Source: Phyllosticta citribraziliensis (taxonomy: Eukaryota). Taken from it: a DNA stretch of 64,000 nucleotides. A model generated the notes under the pieces. It was not told the DNA's origin. It saw only the letters and a program-made list of their open reading frames with translations, and made no database searches. Made by a program: the position numbers and the translations under genes. Location: NCBI RefSeq assembly GCF_038025025.1, contig NW_027117344.1, positions 558,001-622,000 on the forward strand. Direction: 5' to 3'. Each line of letters opens with the position of its first letter. Within the stretch, counting starts at the first letter, position 1. This document shows positions 60,180 to 64,000 of this stretch, piece after piece.

Positions 60180-63173
60180 TCGAGGTTGCTCCGAGCGCCG
60201 CGCGCCCGCTTCAGGCACGGGGCGCTGGGTTTCTTGATGCACCGGAGGCAGCGGCGGCGGGCCCGCGGTGGTCGGAAGGGCTGGCAGGGCCGGAGTGGAG
60301 AGAGGCTGCGCCGGATAAGCCGGAAGATGAGCAGCGGCAGGGCTGGTGGTGGTTTTGCCGGCGGGGGAACTCGTGGTAGTAGGCCCGGGAGAGAGGAGGG
60401 ACGAGATGGGCGCGGCCGCGGAAATCTTGACGACGGGAATGGCGACGGCCAGACGCGAGAAGGGGCAGACGCAAAGACGGGCTGGGCTGGCTGAGGGCAA
60501 TTCGGAGAGAGCCAAAGCCAGGAGACGCGTCGATTCTGGCGGAATGGATAGACGGGTGGTAGAGTAGGTAGAGTACAGTAGGTCCGGGTCTGACGTATGC
60601 CGGGTTCGGAAGGGTGAACCTCGGAGCAGGAACTGAAGGGCAGCGCAGCGCAGCGCGACGGAAGCGGAATGGAAGCCAGACACGAACGACGAGAGGGAGA
60701 TGGGGAGAAGCGGAGAGGAACGAGAGCGGCTCAGCACCAAGTCAAAAAGAAGTCAGGTCGGCGGGAAAGAAGGGGAGGCGGGAGGGAGAGTCGAGGAGAG
60801 GAGAGGAGAGTCGAGGAGAGGAAGAAGAGGCGGCTCCGAGAACGAGCAAAGGGTCCGGCAGGTCCAAGGCAAGGCCAGGGTCTGTCTCTTTTGGACGAAA
60901 GGTCCGTAGGCTTTTGTAATAACATGGCCACGCGCGTTTGGCCGTCCGTCGCCCGGCGTAATCGGCACAGGCGATCCCTTCCGCGGGTCCCGTGGGCCGT
61001 GTCGCCCTAGATGGATGGGGTGGCCGCTCTCATCTCAGGCTGGCTGGGCTGGCGTGCAATGCCGAGTTGCTTTTTCACCTCTCTACGTACTGTATGTACC
61101 CTACGTCTTGCTGGCTGCTGTCTACGGCCGCACTGTGCCGCATCAAACGCCGTCGACGACCATGCCATGTTCACGCTTCTTGCCGGCCCGAGCTGCCCTG
61201 GATGCCCACAATTTCGGGTCAAGTTGTGGAATGCCGGCGGATGGAGGCCGTCCGTCGGCCTTGCAGCAGTCATCTCGGTATGGATGGGTGGATGGTGGAT
61301 GGACGGATACATGAGCAACCCAACACGTTCCAACATCCACCATCACCTTGATCGGAGAAGAGCACCACCCCTGTCGACGCCTGCTTCGGCTCGCCCGAGT
61401 AGCCTGGCTTGGCTGACGCGATCAGCCCGCCTGTCGGACAAGAACATGGCTCTACAAGTCATGGTGCCTTCGGCAACGAGCCGCGCCAGAGTCGCACTGC
61501 GGGGTTTCTCGTCGGCCCTCCTCAGACTCGGGATCGGGTGCGAGACTCTTGGTTGGAGCTTGCTCGTGCGTCAAGTGGCTTGCCTCTTCCGCCTCAGCTC
61601 CGTTCCTTCACTACATGGCCTTCTGGACATGGTTTTGGTCGGGCCTTTCCTTGACCCTCTGAAGCATCCAAGCGAAGTCTGCCTCATCCGAGGTCATCCT
61701 CCGGGGCCGACCTGACGGAGCGTCACCCGAGCCCAACAGAGGCTCTAGCAGCTGCGTGCCACAGTCCCGATCAAGGTGCCACGGCTGCGTTTTGACCTCG
61801 TCTCCGTCCTCGCTCCTCAGCCCTCGGAGCCTCGCGGGAGAGTGGCCGTGCAGCGAGTGTTCCTGACTACTCGTCTTAGCTACGCTGCTACGCTAGCCAG
61901 TGATGTACGAATACGTCTCGTCACTTTGCAATTCCCCGGGTAGTGGAAAGCTCATTGACTCGTTACGTCGGCCGGCGACGCCCTGCCGCGCCGCCCCGCC
62001 GAAGCATATCTGTCCCGTCGGCCTGGATGGCAAGCAATGCACCTAGCAAATCAAATGCTCCCAGCCTGCGGTGCAAGGTCGCGCAGGCCTGGCAGGACAA
62101 GCAATGCAGTCGATAAGCCCGCTCAACGCCATGAGCGCTGAAGAAGCGCGTGGTAGACACAATCAGAATGTACTTGGGCCGGCGCCTGTCTTTTGCCATG
62201 TGACGCGGGCGGTATCTAAGGAAGGTAGGTACGTAGTGGTCTCGAAGCCGCCCATGGGCTTGTGATGCACACCCAGCTCTAGCAAACAAGCCAGGTGCGC
62301 GCTTGTGGCCGCCCTTATGTCCAGCAGCGAGCGAGTCCTTCGAGGCGTGCGCATAGTCCAGGAGACGACCTAGCCCATTACATGTAGGAGGGGCTCGCTG
62401 CCCAACGTTGACGTCGACGACCACAGGACATGGTGGACGACGCTGCTGGGGGCGAGGGACAGGAGAGAAAGCTGCAGACGTCGGGCGGGAGTGCAGCGTC
62501 GCAGTGCTGCGGGCCTGAGGATGCTGTGTCCATGATGATGATGTTGTTGTTATTGTTGTTCCTGTCGCCGTCGCTGTCGCTGTCGTTCCTTGCCAGATGG
62601 ACAGACAGAGGGCGCCAAGAGTGGTCGGGCCAAACCTCCCCACTGCCTACAGAATACCACACCCCTCTTTCAAAGTTCACGCTGTCCTCGCCCACCAGTG
62701 ATCCCGCCTCCCACCCCCAGGCAAAAACGCCCTCCCCTCCCGGCCTGCTCGTCCACACAGACTCGTCGACCGCCAGTCGCCCGTGCGAATCCTCGCTTCC
62801 ATTCCACGTCTGCACGCTCGGGCGGACGGGCGCCAATCAGGCATTAAGCTCGCTCCCGAGAGACGGACGCTGAGCCACAGTCCGGCGGAGCTTGGGGTGA
62901 CAATTGACATCACCCAACAAACATCACCTCCACGGCCTGACGAGACCCTGACATCGTCTTTGCCCTCCTCGTCGCGACGACTGCCGCTGCCCCAGCCTCC
63001 GCTACACCTTTTCTTGGCACACGGCCACGCGTGGGTGCATCGGCCAAACCGCATGCTTTCCCCTGCGTCATCGCACGAGGCCTGATCTTGTACGCGACTC
63101 TGCCTCAGGGACCGCGCGAATAGCTCGACCGGCCCATTAACCTCTCCATCGACACAGGGACACGACCGCCAAA

Positions 63174-64000
63174 ATGAACGAGGACGATGCCATCAAGTCC
63201 GTTTACGGCAAGATCGAGCGTGAAAAAGCGCTCATCAACGCCGCAAATGCCATGCGCCAGTCCACCAACAACCCCGCCGTGCTTTCCCGTCTAGATGGCC
63301 AGATTCGCGAGGGCCGTCGCAACATTGAGTACCTCGAAGGCCGCGCGAGGGAGCTGCAGCTGCGCCGGGTAGGCACCGACATTGACAACATGCACCTGGG
63401 CTCCAGCAGCAACGGCTCGTCATCTCCCGAGCAGAGACGCAACAACCCTCTGCCTCCTCCTCCCAAAGATCCCTCTGGTGACTATTCGGACGCTGGCGCC
63501 TACGGTCAACCGCCCCCAGGAGGATACAGCCAGCAGCTGAGCGGCGGGCAAATTTTGATGCCTCCCAAGGCACCATACGCGGCCCCCGGGCCTGGCCAGC
63601 CTCGCAACAGGCCAAACTATAGTAAACTTGGTACGTTTGCTCATGCCAACAAGCGTGAGTAGCAGCTAACCGTCGTCAGACTTGATCAAGTATGACACGC
63701 CCCACCTCGGCCCTCGCATCCAATTGATGCTGTCCCAGCTTGAGTTCAAGCTCAGCGTCGAAAAGCAATACAAGGATGGCATAGAAAAAATGGTTCGCCT
63801 CTATCAAATGGAAGGAGACAGGAAGAGCAAGGCCGACGCCGAAGCTCGTCGTATTGAGAGCAATCAAAAGATTCAGCTGCTCAAGCAGGCCCTCAAACGC
63901 TACGAAGACTTGCATGTGGACATTGAGGGCGGCGATGGTCCCGACGGTTTGTCTGAGGCTTTTGGGGTCTTGAACACGGCTAATCCTGTGCAGATGACAG
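63174..64000 (+). CDS. PKC1: Protein kinase C, 5' part (HR1 domains); runs off the window
   Basis: [19 protein letters not shown], and [37 protein letters not shown]. Introns at 63631-63679 and 63947-63993. Confidence 0.95.

Noticed and set aside
1..64000. Intact transposons, CRISPR arrays, telomeric repeats, TPP riboswitch, secondary-metabolite cluster
   Set aside because: I saw no transposase or RT motifs, repeat-spacer arrays, TTAGGG tracts, TPP aptamer consensus or PKS/NRPS genes.

Overview
This is eukaryotic, intron-rich fungal DNA, read as a filamentous ascomycete (Pezizomycotina) from its short GT-AG introns with CTRAC branch sites, a dispersed 5S gene and a Zn2Cys6 factor. It holds 15 protein genes: NPR3, an ODC-type mitochondrial carrier, DNA2, a secreted rhamnogalacturonan acetylesterase, SIT4/PP6, UPF3, a large WD40 protein, a small disordered protein in a ~15 kb protein-gene-poor stretch, importin-9/KAP114, REV7, an RBR E3 ligase, a GNAT acetyltransferase, a hypothetical protein, a Zn2Cys6 transcription factor and the 5' part of PKC1. 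Three RNA genes absent from the ORF track are recognisable by eye: SRP RNA (13647-13918, -), 5S rRNA (40504-40622, +) and an intron-containing U3 snoRNA (55524-55825, -). The most notable unexplained signal is a ~190-nt four-hairpin element at ~290-488 with Pol III A- and B-boxes. Its terminator shares a 14-mer with that of the SRP RNA, and it fits no RNA family I can name. Other highlights are a probable AUU-initiated N-terminal extension of the Zn2Cys6 factor and a structured 3'UTR intron behind the small protein gene. All calls come from reading the sequence; no searches were run.
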